Of a DNA stretch of 64,000 nt, positions 27,299 to 36,123 are shown piece by piece. How positions within the stretch are numbered: position 1 is the stretch's first letter; each line of letters begins with the position of its first letter. The translations under genes were made by a program, and so were the position numbers. Source of the DNA: Alphaproteobacteria bacterium (GTDB taxonomy: Bacteria > Pseudomonadota > Alphaproteobacteria > Micropepsales > Micropepsaceae); NCBI GenBank assembly GCA_016783965.1, contig JADHVO010000011.1, forward strand, positions 4,229 to 68,228, read 5' to 3'. The notes beneath the pieces were generated by a model that made no database searches, was not told the origin of the DNA, and saw only the letters and a list, made by a program, of their open reading frames with translations.

Positions 27299-28378
27299 CT
27301 ATGGACTAATGGCGTAGTTTCCGACGCCATATTCGTCAAATTCTTCAAGAAAGTATTGGTCAACTGTTTGCGGGTGCCCATCCCTTCGAGGTGGGATCGG
27401 ACGTGGCGATTCAAACAGAACACGGATGTGGTAGGGGGCCTCTCCCTTAGCCCCCGAAAGGCTCGCTACGCGGACAAAGAGCCCCTTAGGATCACCCTGG
27501 AAATACTCGCCGATAATGTTGGTGTGGCACTTTTCGTACTTTGCCCGCCCACCGTTCGACGTTGGGTCCGTTTTGTCCCGGAGCGCTTCTCGAAGTTGTT
27601 CATCCGAAATCTCGCTGCATAAGGCGATGAAGGCGTACGCGCGATCTATCACTTGATAAAAACCGGGGTTTTCGGTGAGCCCGAGGGCAGCAGCGCGCCG
27701 ATGGACGTCGTCTGCAAAACGATTCTGCAAGTCACTGAGCCTGAGGCGGACCGGCTGGTTGTAGGCGCGCGCCGCCAATTCAGCCTCCACTTGCGCGCGC
27801 GGAGCGATGTCAGCCACTGGAATGGCGCCAGCGTGTCTAGGATTCTCGAAGACGACGTCACACCGTGTTCCTGACACGGGGTGGTCAGTCGATACCGTCA
27901 TCGAGTCCCCGACATCAGCGATTTCTGGCTGCGATGCGCCGGCCAAATGAAAATAGGTCGGCCATCGCGCTGCAACTTCGGCGCCCGGGCGACAGCCAGC
28001 CGCCGCCCCCATAGCTTCCTGCGCTGCGCTGGTTGGCTGATGTTTTGGAAAAATCAGAGGCGGATCCGAAGACGCCGGCGCGATGGGTGGAGTTAAGGGC
28101 TTTTCTTCCACAGGCTGCGGCGACGGCGTCACTGACGGCTCAGACACCGGGGCGGGGATAGCCGTCGGAGAAGCTGGCGGCCGCGGTGCTTGCCCATAAG
28201 CTCTCCCCTCAAACAAGTCGATCAACGCGATAAGAGGTGCGGAATGACCACCGTCTTTAGCCCAGATGCGCGTTTGCTCGGCGCGGACATGCGCGTCCCA
28301 GAAATGGATTGCAAGCCAAAGCAACCCGAGGCCTGACAATACGAGAACGTAGTCACGCGTTCTTGGCAGCCGCCACAT
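27299..28378 (-). CDS. hypothetical TM-anchored protein with a Pro-rich linker
   Basis: 359 aa. N-terminal TM helix, then a PAPVSEPSVTPSPQPVEEKPLTPP linker and a globular C-terminus. Confidence 0.45.
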   Translation of the reverse strand: MWRLPRTRDYVLVLSGLGLLWLAIHFWDAHVRAEQTRIWAKDGGHSAPLIALIDLFEGRAYGQAPRPPASPTAIPAPVSEPSVTPSPQPVEEKPLTPPIAPASSDPPLIFPKHQPTSAAQEAMGAAAGCRPGAEVAARWPTYFHLAGASQPEIADVGDSMTVSTDHPVSGTRCDVVFENPRHAGAIPVADIAPRAQVEAELAARAYNQPVRLRLSDLQNRFADDVHRRAAALGLTENPGFYQVIDRAYAFIALCSEISDEQLREALRDKTDPTSNGGRAKYEKCHTNIIGEYFQGDPKGLFVRVASLSGAKGEAPYHIRVLFESPRPIPPRRDGHPQTVDQYFLEEFDEYGVGNYAISP

Positions 28379-28498
28379 GAATGCGCCGAATTTGCTTCAG
28401 TCTAACGATAACGAAGACCGCGAACTCAGCAAAGCATCGCGAACTTCTTGACTTTGGCAGGGTTGCTCTGATGCTCTATACGCTTCGAAGGACCAGTC

Positions 28499-29302
28499 AT
28501 GGAAGAGGCAGAACTTCGACCTATCTTTTGGGTGGGACCTGACGGGATCGCAGGCTCTTATCAGAAAATGATGGAGCTCATGAAGCCGGCGACGATGCCG
28601 CTCATTTGGACCGGGCTCCTTTGGTACTATTGGCTCGCATGGCCATTCGCTTGGAAGCTTCCAACGATCGTCATATCCGAGCACATCACTCTAACGGGTC
28701 TCATTACCTTTGCCCTGATCGTTTTGACTGCTGTTGAGCTTCATCCCTTCTACGTCGCCCGGCGCTACCTGGGCCATTGGTTATCGCTCGAACGGCTTGG
28801 ATTTAGATGGGCAAAACAAGACGGTTATCACGGTCGCATTATCCGAGAATTCTCGAACGGACGTATCGAGATCGACCGCTCTACAGGAGAATGGCTCGCG
28901 CGAGAGGAAGAGAGCGTTCTCGACAAGCGTGGTTGGGACTTGCGTCAGATCGACATCCGCATCGCGAAAGGTCTCCTTGGGCTGATCCTCGTGCCGCTTG
29001 TCTTCACGTATTTGTTCGACCTCTTGGGTCCACAGGCGAGAGCCCTTCTGCAATTCGTCGATGCTGAAGGTTGGCTCCAGTTTGCGATTATTTGGATTTT
29101 AATCGTACCGGAGGTAGTGGATGGCACGTGGCTTTTTGCGGATCAGCTCGCGTATGAACTGAACTGTCAATTCATCCCCGGAGCGAAAAACCTGCAAGCT
29201 GTTCCTGAGATCGTCCGCCTGGAAGACATGACGCCTGGCGAAACCTATGGTCCAGCGGATCAAATCGAGCCCAGCTACGGCGCGCGGCAACTGTCGAGTT
29301 AG
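28499..29302 (+). CDS. hypothetical 4-TM membrane protein immediately upstream of the T4CP-like ATPase
   Basis: 267 aa with four hydrophobic helices. The stop lies 4 nt before a candidate TTG start of the next gene. Confidence 0.5.
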   Translation: MEEAELRPIFWVGPDGIAGSYQKMMELMKPATMPLIWTGLLWYYWLAWPFAWKLPTIVISEHITLTGLITFALIVLTAVELHPFYVARRYLGHWLSLERLGFRWAKQDGYHGRIIREFSNGRIEIDRSTGEWLAREEESVLDKRGWDLRQIDIRIAKGLLGLILVPLVFTYLFDLLGPQARALLQFVDAEGWLQFAIIWILIVPEVVDGTWLFADQLAYELNCQFIPGAKNLQAVPEIVRLEDMTPGETYGPADQIEPSYGARQLSS

Positions 29303-30632
29303 AGCATTGGCCAAGGACGAGCGGTGGCGCAGAAACGGCGGGATTTATTTCGGATATGGCACCGACCGTTCGGAAGGATCAGAGCCCCCGGGGGCCCCCA
29401 ATCGCCTCCTCCGCTATGCCGACGACCGCCATATCATCACAATCGGGCCGAATGGGTCGGGCAAAAGTCGTCGACTCTTGCTTCCCAACCTCGCCGCACT
29501 GACAGAGTGGTCGATCTTGGTTGTTGACCCGAAAGGCGATCTAGCCGCGATGACGCGAGAACATCGCGAGAAAGCAGGTAGCAAGGTCATCGTGCTCAAT
29601 CCGTTCGGTGTTTTCGGAATAAGAAGCGATGGTTTCAATCCATTGTCTGTGCTCAATCCTGAAGCCGAGGATGAAGAGTTTGCCGACGATGCGATGGGCC
29701 TTGCTGAGTCGCTTATACGAGTTGAGGGCCGCGAACCGCATTTTAGCCAGTCAGCTCAGGAGCTGGTCTGCGCGCTGATTATGTATGCCAAGCTGATACT
29801 TGAGGATCAGGCCTCGCTGGTGGACGTAAGGACAATGCTGGCGCAGAAGAGCACATCGCTGCGGGACATGGTCACCGACAAATATGTCGAATTTGAAGGG
29901 CATAAGGTTCTCGGCATGATCGAGGCGGGAGAGAAGCACGACTGTCCCGAACTGGTGGCTAAGGCATCACGGTTTGCCGATATAGGTCCCGAGAACCGCG
30001 AACTCTCAAGCGTCATCTCCACAGCACTGACGCAAACCCGATGGCTCGACAGCCGGCCCATCAAGAAGGACATCGCACGATCCGAACACGATTTCGGAAA
30101 GATGAAAGAGGAGCCCTGGACGGTCTATCTTATTCTGCCGGCCAGGCGGGTAGTGACACACAGTACCTGGCTGCGGTTGATGATCACGTCGGTCATGCAG
30201 CCCCTCATGAAGGACACACGCAAAGCCAAGGTGCCGGTGCTCCTCATGCTGGATGAGTTTGCGCAGCTTGGCCATTTGCCGGCGATCGAGCAAAATATTG
30301 GTCTGATGCGTCAGTATGGATTGAAGCTATGGGCCGTACTTCAGGATCTTTCGCAGGCGAAGCACATCTATGAAGAAAGGTGGGAAAGCTTCCTGGCGAA
30401 CGCTGGCGTAATTCACAGTTTTGCGCCTCAGGACGTGTTCACGGCCAATCATATATCGCAGTTGGCGAACGGCACGATCGCGCCCGCCACGTTAAGACAT
30501 ATGGATGACGGTTTCGGCATCGTGATGTCGCACAAGCTCAAAGGGCGGCTCTTCAGCTACTCGCCCTATCCCGATGATGTGCCGGAGCTCAAGGACATTA
30601 TGGCTCTCGATCCAGCAGAGGCCCTAGTATGA
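29247..30632 (+). CDS. type IV coupling protein (TraG/VirD4 family) ATPase lacking an N-terminal TM region
   Basis: Walker A GPNGSGKS, VVDPKGDL, Walker B VLLMLDEFAQLG and QDLSQ. The alternative start is TTG 29307. Confidence 0.85.
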   Translation: MVQRIKSSPATARGNCRVRALAKDERWRRNGGIYFGYGTDRSEGSEPPGAPNRLLRYADDRHIITIGPNGSGKSRRLLLPNLAALTEWSILVVDPKGDLAAMTREHREKAGSKVIVLNPFGVFGIRSDGFNPLSVLNPEAEDEEFADDAMGLAESLIRVEGREPHFSQSAQELVCALIMYAKLILEDQASLVDVRTMLAQKSTSLRDMVTDKYVEFEGHKVLGMIEAGEKHDCPELVAKASRFADIGPENRELSSVISTALTQTRWLDSRPIKKDIARSEHDFGKMKEEPWTVYLILPARRVVTHSTWLRLMITSVMQPLMKDTRKAKVPVLLMLDEFAQLGHLPAIEQNIGLMRQYGLKLWAVLQDLSQAKHIYEERWESFLANAGVIHSFAPQDVFTANHISQLANGTIAPATLRHMDDGFGIVMSHKLKGRLFSYSPYPDDVPELKDIMALDPAEALV

Positions 30633-31799
30633 GACGCCCTGCGACCGGGAAAGATTGCGAGGTTTGGGTGCGCTCGCCATCGCTATCTCTTCCCTCGATC
30701 CTGCCTTTTCTTCTCGCTCCGCAGTTCGGTCCGTGCGTTCAGGTAGTTCAGCTGTCGCCGAAGTCCCGCTATCGCGTTCAGTCGAGCTAGCTGAGTCCTC
30801 GCTGATTGTTTGGCCGGTCTGAACCTGAAGATCATAGCCTCGGCGCGCCTCTTCAGCAGCGCCCTGATCGTCTGCCGCATGACCGCGTGTTACCGATCCA
30901 TCGCGGCCATAGGTTTGCTTGTAGTTCTCGCGCAGCTGCTCTGCACGATCGGAGAAGACGGCAGCCCGCTCGCGATAAGCTTCGGCCTCCGCTGCGAACT
31001 CGCTCCCCCAGATGACCTCTGCGTTATGAGCAATGCGAGAATTCGTGAGAGCAAGATATTCGGCAGCAACGATTTGCTTCTCGTCTTCGAGCGCAAGGCG
31101 TTTCACAACATCCTGCTCAGTTCCGATTCTGTTGTTTAGATCTTTGATATCCTCGGCGAACCCAATGTACTCTTGAGTCGCGGCACGACCGATCGTCCGT
31201 TGTGGGTCTTTTTCTTTGAAGCACTGTTCGTGGGCGGCCTCGTACCGATCGCCCGCCTCCGTAATGTGCGAGTCAGCGATCGTCCGTTCCCCTCGGGATT
31301 TTGCGGCATCGACTGCGTCCTGCGCAGGATTTTGGTTCAACGCCTCCAGTCGAGGTTGGTGGGCGGCGAGCGTCTTCGACTGAGCGATCAATTTTTTGGT
31401 GTTGTCGTCCGCCAGCTCCATGATCTGGCGATCCGAAAGAAACCGGGCAGTTTCGGGCACGCTATTAGCTTCTCTGACTGAACTAGATTCGAGCTCTCTC
31501 CCAAGACTCTGGGTCGCGAAGTGCTCCGCTGTTTGCTTTTTCTCAGCTGCTGAAGGCTGTTCCTGGGTGTTTAGGGCGACAAGCTGCTCGTTGTCGAATT
31601 GTCGAATGAGGTAGACGGCTTGGTGCCGCGTTATTCTCCCGTTAGCGAGGAGCCCGCCAACCTTCCGCGCGTTGAGCTCTGCTTCCGCATCGAGGTCGTG
31701 TGCCGTGCCTTCTTGTTGCGCGGTCTCGGAATCTAGCGAGAGGTCATTTTGGCGCCGCCGCTTGCGCGCTTCATCACTGTCGTCATAGACGCCGCCCAT
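30624..31799 (-). CDS. hypothetical acidic, helical protein downstream of the relaxase
   Basis: 391 aa, Glu/Ala/Gln-rich, no recognisable catalytic motif. Confidence 0.45.
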   Translation of the reverse strand: MGGVYDDSDEARKRRRQNDLSLDSETAQQEGTAHDLDAEAELNARKVGGLLANGRITRHQAVYLIRQFDNEQLVALNTQEQPSAAEKKQTAEHFATQSLGRELESSSVREANSVPETARFLSDRQIMELADDNTKKLIAQSKTLAAHQPRLEALNQNPAQDAVDAAKSRGERTIADSHITEAGDRYEAAHEQCFKEKDPQRTIGRAATQEYIGFAEDIKDLNNRIGTEQDVVKRLALEDEKQIVAAEYLALTNSRIAHNAEVIWGSEFAAEAEAYRERAAVFSDRAEQLRENYKQTYGRDGSVTRGHAADDQGAAEEARRGYDLQVQTGQTISEDSASSTERDSGTSATAELPERTDRTAEREEKAGSREEIAMASAPKPRNLSRSQGVSY

Positions 31800-31829
31800 G
31801 GCAAGCGCCTCCGGAAGGACGATCTATTC

Positions 31830-32234
31830 TCACTCGTCTCGAAGCGCTTTGGCAATCCAAAAGTCGTCTGGAGGATCGGACAGTCTTGCGCGCTTCCGGG
31901 CATCAAGATGAATCGTGTCACGTCCATCGTCCTTCAGGATGCCGTAAACCTGCCGTTCGCAGTCGGCCGCCTCTGGAAAAATAGCGGGTCTAAGCACGCT
32001 GAGAATCTCAGCGTGATACCTGACAATGCCTTTTAACTCGTCGATGCGACGATGAAACATGTCTTCCAGTTGTCGGGTCCGCTCTCTTTCCTTATCCAAC
32101 TCGTTTTTCAAAGCGCTAATACGACATTGCAGTTCAAGCGCCTGCGCCGCACTCGTGGATGCGAGCGGATCGCGCGAGCGAGCCTGAGGGCTTGGTACAT
32201 TCTGTTCAAAACAGTGCAACGCGAGGTATTTCAT
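31830..32234 (-). CDS. hypothetical coiled-coil protein
   Basis: 134 aa. LELQCRISALKNELDKERERTRQLEDMF is coiled-coil-like. Confidence 0.4.
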   Translation of the reverse strand: MKYLALHCFEQNVPSPQARSRDPLASTSAAQALELQCRISALKNELDKERERTRQLEDMFHRRIDELKGIVRYHAEILSVLRPAIFPEAADCERQVYGILKDDGRDTIHLDARKRARLSDPPDDFWIAKALRDE

Positions 32235-32272
32235 ACCCGCATTATACCGTGTACGGATGATATTTACCAGGC

Positions 32273-34567
32273 CTACCTTTCGAAGCCGGTTGAGCGACCG
32301 CCGTCCCGCTCGCGCCGTTTGAAGATTCCTGCCGGGGTTACATCTTCGGGACTCAGATACCGGATTTCTGCTGCGTCCGACGAGTAATCAGATGTGACAT
32401 CCTTGGACCGCTCTCGGGACAGCATGCGATCCATGTGAGCGTCAGATTTAAAACTGTCTCCCGCATACACGACATCAACAGACTTTCTGTGCCGCGACAA
32501 AGCTACATAGGTAAGATGTCGGTCGAAGGCGTCAGTCACTAGAACGAAGCTGCGATCAACCGTAATGCCTTGGGCCTTGTGAATAGTCACTGCGTAGCCA
32601 TGGTCTATGTCGCGATAACGCCCCGTGTCGATCGAGACCGCCCGACCGTCATCGGTCTCCACAGTCAGAACGCCACCCTTCACCTTGGAGAGGGTCCCAA
32701 GTGTGCCGTTTCTGACGTTCATCTCGCGATCGTTGCGGAGGAAAACGAGACGGTCGCCCTCAGCAAACGATCTCTCACCCCGCCCGGTTTGAATCTGGAA
32801 GTCTCGCCCCAGCTTTCCTCGCTCGCGTTCGTCTTCGCGTGCGAGTAGATTGAGCGCCTCGACGTCGGCGCGCGTGTGCGCAAGCATGATGCGAGAACCA
32901 ATTAGGTCGGCTTTTTCCTCGGTCCGCCATTTCTCAATGAGGAGTTGATGGGCCGCATTCTGGTCTATCGCGCTCTCGATATGCCCTTCACTTCGATATC
33001 GTCCGAGCGCCTTCTTTGTTTCACCCGTTGCTAACTCGCGCGTTGCTTCTCTCTGCCACCCCGTTTCTTGCCGCCTGATCTGAGTGAGTTCGGCAGCACC
33101 TGTTCTCTCCTGAATTGCCCGGAACGAAGCCCCCGCTTCGATCGCTTGCAGCTGCTCGGGGTCGCCAACCAGAATAACCTTGGCCGAAGCCCGCTGCGCG
33201 CGGTCGAGCACCTCAGCCATCTGCCGGCTGCCAATCATGCCCGCCTCGTCGATGATCAGGATATCCTTCTTCCCGAGCAGATCGCGACCATCGGACCAGG
33301 CATAGGACCAGCTCGCCAAAGTACGCGCCGCTATACCGCTTCCCTGCTCTAGGTTCTCCGCCGCTATGCCGGAGAGTGCGGCACCGTGAACGCGATACCC
33401 GTCCTTTTCGTACAACTGCCGAACCTCACCGAGCATTGTCGATTTTCCCGCGCCGGCATAGCCAACCAGACAGGATAAATCGCCGTCAGATACGATTTGG
33501 ACCGCAGCGAGGCGCTGTTCCTCGGAGAGATCCGATTTCGTGAAGGCTCTATCGGCCAGGCGCGGGTCAATATAGTGATTGAGCCTCTTCTCCATCACTG
33601 AGGCCGTTTCCATCATCTGCCCTTCGAGGACGATCATGTCCTGCGTTGAAAAATGGAGTTGCCCACGATCATCTTTGCCAAGCGCAATCGCCTGGGCTCG
33701 TGCCCCCGCGACAATCTCTGCATATTGTTCGTCAACGCAGTGCTTATGAACCCAGCGGGCGAGGTCTTGCTCAGTAAACGTCGATTGCCGGTTTGTGAGG
33801 GCCAAAAGCGCGATGGACGGATCGGCAAGCAGCCGCTCGCCATTCCGGCGCATCGTGGCCAGCACTTCCTCGGTGCGCTCCGACGTCCCGTACTCTCGCT
33901 TCATGCGGGCTGCGGCCCCGCCGATCTTCGGCTGACCCTCGATATCAACCCCACGGTCGATATAGGAGCGGTGATCCCAGTCGGGCCCGAGATCAATACC
34001 GAGCTCAGCAGCCCTCGCCCGCGAAAACTCGCACCAATCGACACGAAGCGCTGAGACTGTGTCCGTCCTGCCAAAGAAATTGCGCCAATCAACAGCTGAG
34101 TGCTTTTCGGCGAAGGTGCCATCCCGGAACACCCGTAGGGGCATCATGATATGCGCATGAGGGTGGTCGCCACCGTCCGTCGCCCTGCCCTTATGAAAAG
34201 CGATGTCACAAATTCGGCCGTCACTAACCAGGCGGCTCTTGGCGAAGTCCGTGACCAGCCGCCAATTCTCTTCGTCTGAGAATTCCCGCGGTAGGTTGAT
34301 CTCGAACTCTTGTGCCAGCTGAGCGTCGCGCCTGTTCTCCCGCGCTTCAACGGCGTTCCAGAGGCGTTCGCGATCAAAAAGCCACAATGGCGATCCTTCC
34401 GGAGCCAGAATGTCCGCGCGAACCACATCATTCTTCCGGGTGTAATTTTCTGTCTTGCCTGCCCTCTCGTCGAAAAGCTTGGAGCCAGAGCGATAGGCCG
34501 CTGAACGCACAGCGCTTTGGCCCGCCGAGCGTTTGAGGATCTTTGCAGTGAAATGAAACGCGCCCAT
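32273..34567 (-). CDS. traA: MobA/MobL (MOBQ-type) relaxase fused to a RecD/TraA-like helicase
   Basis: N-terminus MGAFHFTAKILKRSAGQSAVRSAAYRS...HPHAHIMM. Helicase Walker A GYAGAGKST, DEAGMIG and TIHKAQG. Confidence 0.9.
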   Translation of the reverse strand: MGAFHFTAKILKRSAGQSAVRSAAYRSGSKLFDERAGKTENYTRKNDVVRADILAPEGSPLWLFDRERLWNAVEARENRRDAQLAQEFEINLPREFSDEENWRLVTDFAKSRLVSDGRICDIAFHKGRATDGGDHPHAHIMMPLRVFRDGTFAEKHSAVDWRNFFGRTDTVSALRVDWCEFSRARAAELGIDLGPDWDHRSYIDRGVDIEGQPKIGGAAARMKREYGTSERTEEVLATMRRNGERLLADPSIALLALTNRQSTFTEQDLARWVHKHCVDEQYAEIVAGARAQAIALGKDDRGQLHFSTQDMIVLEGQMMETASVMEKRLNHYIDPRLADRAFTKSDLSEEQRLAAVQIVSDGDLSCLVGYAGAGKSTMLGEVRQLYEKDGYRVHGAALSGIAAENLEQGSGIAARTLASWSYAWSDGRDLLGKKDILIIDEAGMIGSRQMAEVLDRAQRASAKVILVGDPEQLQAIEAGASFRAIQERTGAAELTQIRRQETGWQREATRELATGETKKALGRYRSEGHIESAIDQNAAHQLLIEKWRTEEKADLIGSRIMLAHTRADVEALNLLAREDERERGKLGRDFQIQTGRGERSFAEGDRLVFLRNDREMNVRNGTLGTLSKVKGGVLTVETDDGRAVSIDTGRYRDIDHGYAVTIHKAQGITVDRSFVLVTDAFDRHLTYVALSRHRKSVDVVYAGDSFKSDAHMDRMLSRERSKDVTSDYSSDAAEIRYLSPEDVTPAGIFKRRERDGGRSTGFER

Positions 34568-34585
34568 GATCGCCCTGGATGCGCC

Positions 34586-34620
34586 GCGATGTTCGGCACG
34601 AACATATAAGCGCGCGTTCC
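34586..34620. other. candidate oriT (hairpin plus MOBQ-like nick-region sequence)
   Basis: GTTCG-GCA-CGAAC hairpin (34591-34603) followed by ATATAAGCGCGCG. This resembles my recollection of the RSF1010-type TAAGTGCGC nick region. It lies between the divergent relaxase and traD-like genes. Confidence 0.35.
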
Positions 34621-34667
34621 GACAAAATGCTAGCCACCTACCAAAATTTGGTTAGACTATCGCCGAC

Positions 34668-35051
34668 TTGTCGATCATGATTCGGGGCGCAATGAGCTGG
34701 GCCGAAGCACGAGCAATGACAGCAAGAAAGAAAACGTCGGGTGCACCACCACGGCGGCGCAGCGTTGACGAGCTCTTAGACGCGGCGAGAGAAAATGAGG
34801 CCCGGGCGCTCGCCCGGTTTCATCGAAAGAATGCGACGGTCCAAAAATACGAGACGCTCAAAAAGAGCCGCGACCGGAAGCTCGATACAAGGCGCAAGAT
34901 CATTGCGGGCGCCCTCGCCCTTGAGCACATGAAGTACGACGCGAGTTTTGCTTCATCCTTCACTGCCATCCTTGATCGCTATGTCGAGAAGAGTCCCGAG
35001 CGCCTCCTTTTTGGGCTCTCAGCGAAGGGGCGTCGGGTCGCCAACCCGTAG
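34668..35051 (+). CDS. TraD-like relaxosome accessory protein
   Basis: KSRDRKLDTRRKIIAGALALEH resembles the rhizobial TraD motif. Divergent from the relaxase gene. Confidence 0.55.
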   Translation: MSIMIRGAMSWAEARAMTARKKTSGAPPRRRSVDELLDAARENEARALARFHRKNATVQKYETLKKSRDRKLDTRRKIIAGALALEHMKYDASFASSFTAILDRYVEKSPERLLFGLSAKGRRVANP

Positions 35052-35156
35052 TCCGAGAACAGGTTTCCAGACGCAAAAAATCCCTCTCCGAGCCGCGGCC
35101 GATGCTGTGAAGCAGCGACAACGCCCCAAGCGATTCAACTACGTAATAAGACGATC

Positions 35157-35178
35157 GGGGCGGGCCGAAGCCCGCCCC
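35157..35178. terminator. GC-rich hairpin between convergent genes (bidirectional terminator candidate)
   Basis: GGGGCGGGC-CGAA-GCCCGCCCC is a perfect 9-bp stem. Confidence 0.5.
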
Positions 35179-35185
35179 TGTGCCG

Positions 35186-35485
35186 TCAGCGGCTCCAGAG
35201 CAGCGACTGCTCTTGATCCTCAAGATTGACGAGGCGGCAGAAGATGGCCGCCGCAAAGCTCGGATCGTCAAGCTTCACCGAGACGTAGGCATTCTTAGCC
35301 TTGCTCTCCTTCGACCAGCCCGCGCCGATCTCGACGTTGCCGGCGAAAACGCGGAAGTCGGGGGCGTTGTCCCCACCGGTCTTGTTCTCGACCGCGCGGA
35401 TGGTCGCCTTCGTCTTGACGGTCAGCGTGGCGATCGTGCCGGTGTAGCCGTTTCCTTCTTTGGTGAAAGTGCCGATTGTGCTCAT
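35186..35485 (-). CDS. DUF736 family protein
   Basis: From the internal Met: MSTIGTFTKEGNGYTGTIATLTVKTKATIRAVENKTGGDNAPDFRVFAG...GAGWSKESKAKNAYVSVKLDDPSF, with an AAGGAG Shine-Dalgarno. Confidence 0.8.
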   Translation of the reverse strand: MSTIGTFTKEGNGYTGTIATLTVKTKATIRAVENKTGGDNAPDFRVFAGNVEIGAGWSKESKAKNAYVSVKLDDPSFAAAIFCRLVNLEDQEQSLLWSR

Positions 35486-36123
35486 GGTAGTCTCCTTTGT
35501 TGTGAGGCTGCGATATGCGGCCTCGGATGCGCACCGATCGGAGACGCCGGACGTCCGGGTCACCCCGCACGGGGTTCACGGGAATTTTGCAGCGTTGCGA
35601 CCGCGAGGAGCGCCGAAGGCGCGGGGAAAATTCCCGTTGACCCGATGACGGCCAAGTCTCCAAGGTTGCGCTTCTTTCCGAGGCCGCCCGCGGCACCACG
35701 CAAAGGGGCTAGTGTGAGTGCCGACAACGGTGCTTTCGCCTAAGAGGAAAAATCCTGGCGTTACACCGAGCTGGCCTGTCGCCCGCGACCGGAGACGAAG
35801 CGGCTTCCGCAGACAAGCGCCCTGAACTTCTGTGTTGTTTTGGGCAACTGTCGACATCGGCTGGCCGCCGGCTGATGCAGACAATGGCTGGGGGCACACT
35901 CGGTAAGCCTAATGAGACCGCTTTCCGTTCGCCGTCAGCTTGCACTGGCCGGAGTCTTCGAAGCCGAGACAGCGCCCTCTGCAGCATGACTAGGGGGAAG
36001 GGCTGGGCTTGCGCGCGAACCGATTGCGTCGTGGCCCAGACCGATGGGTATGGCTTTACCGGCGTCGCTCGGCGTGATTGGATTTCGGAGGGCGTGTAGG
36101 CGTCGAAGCCCAATCAACACAAT

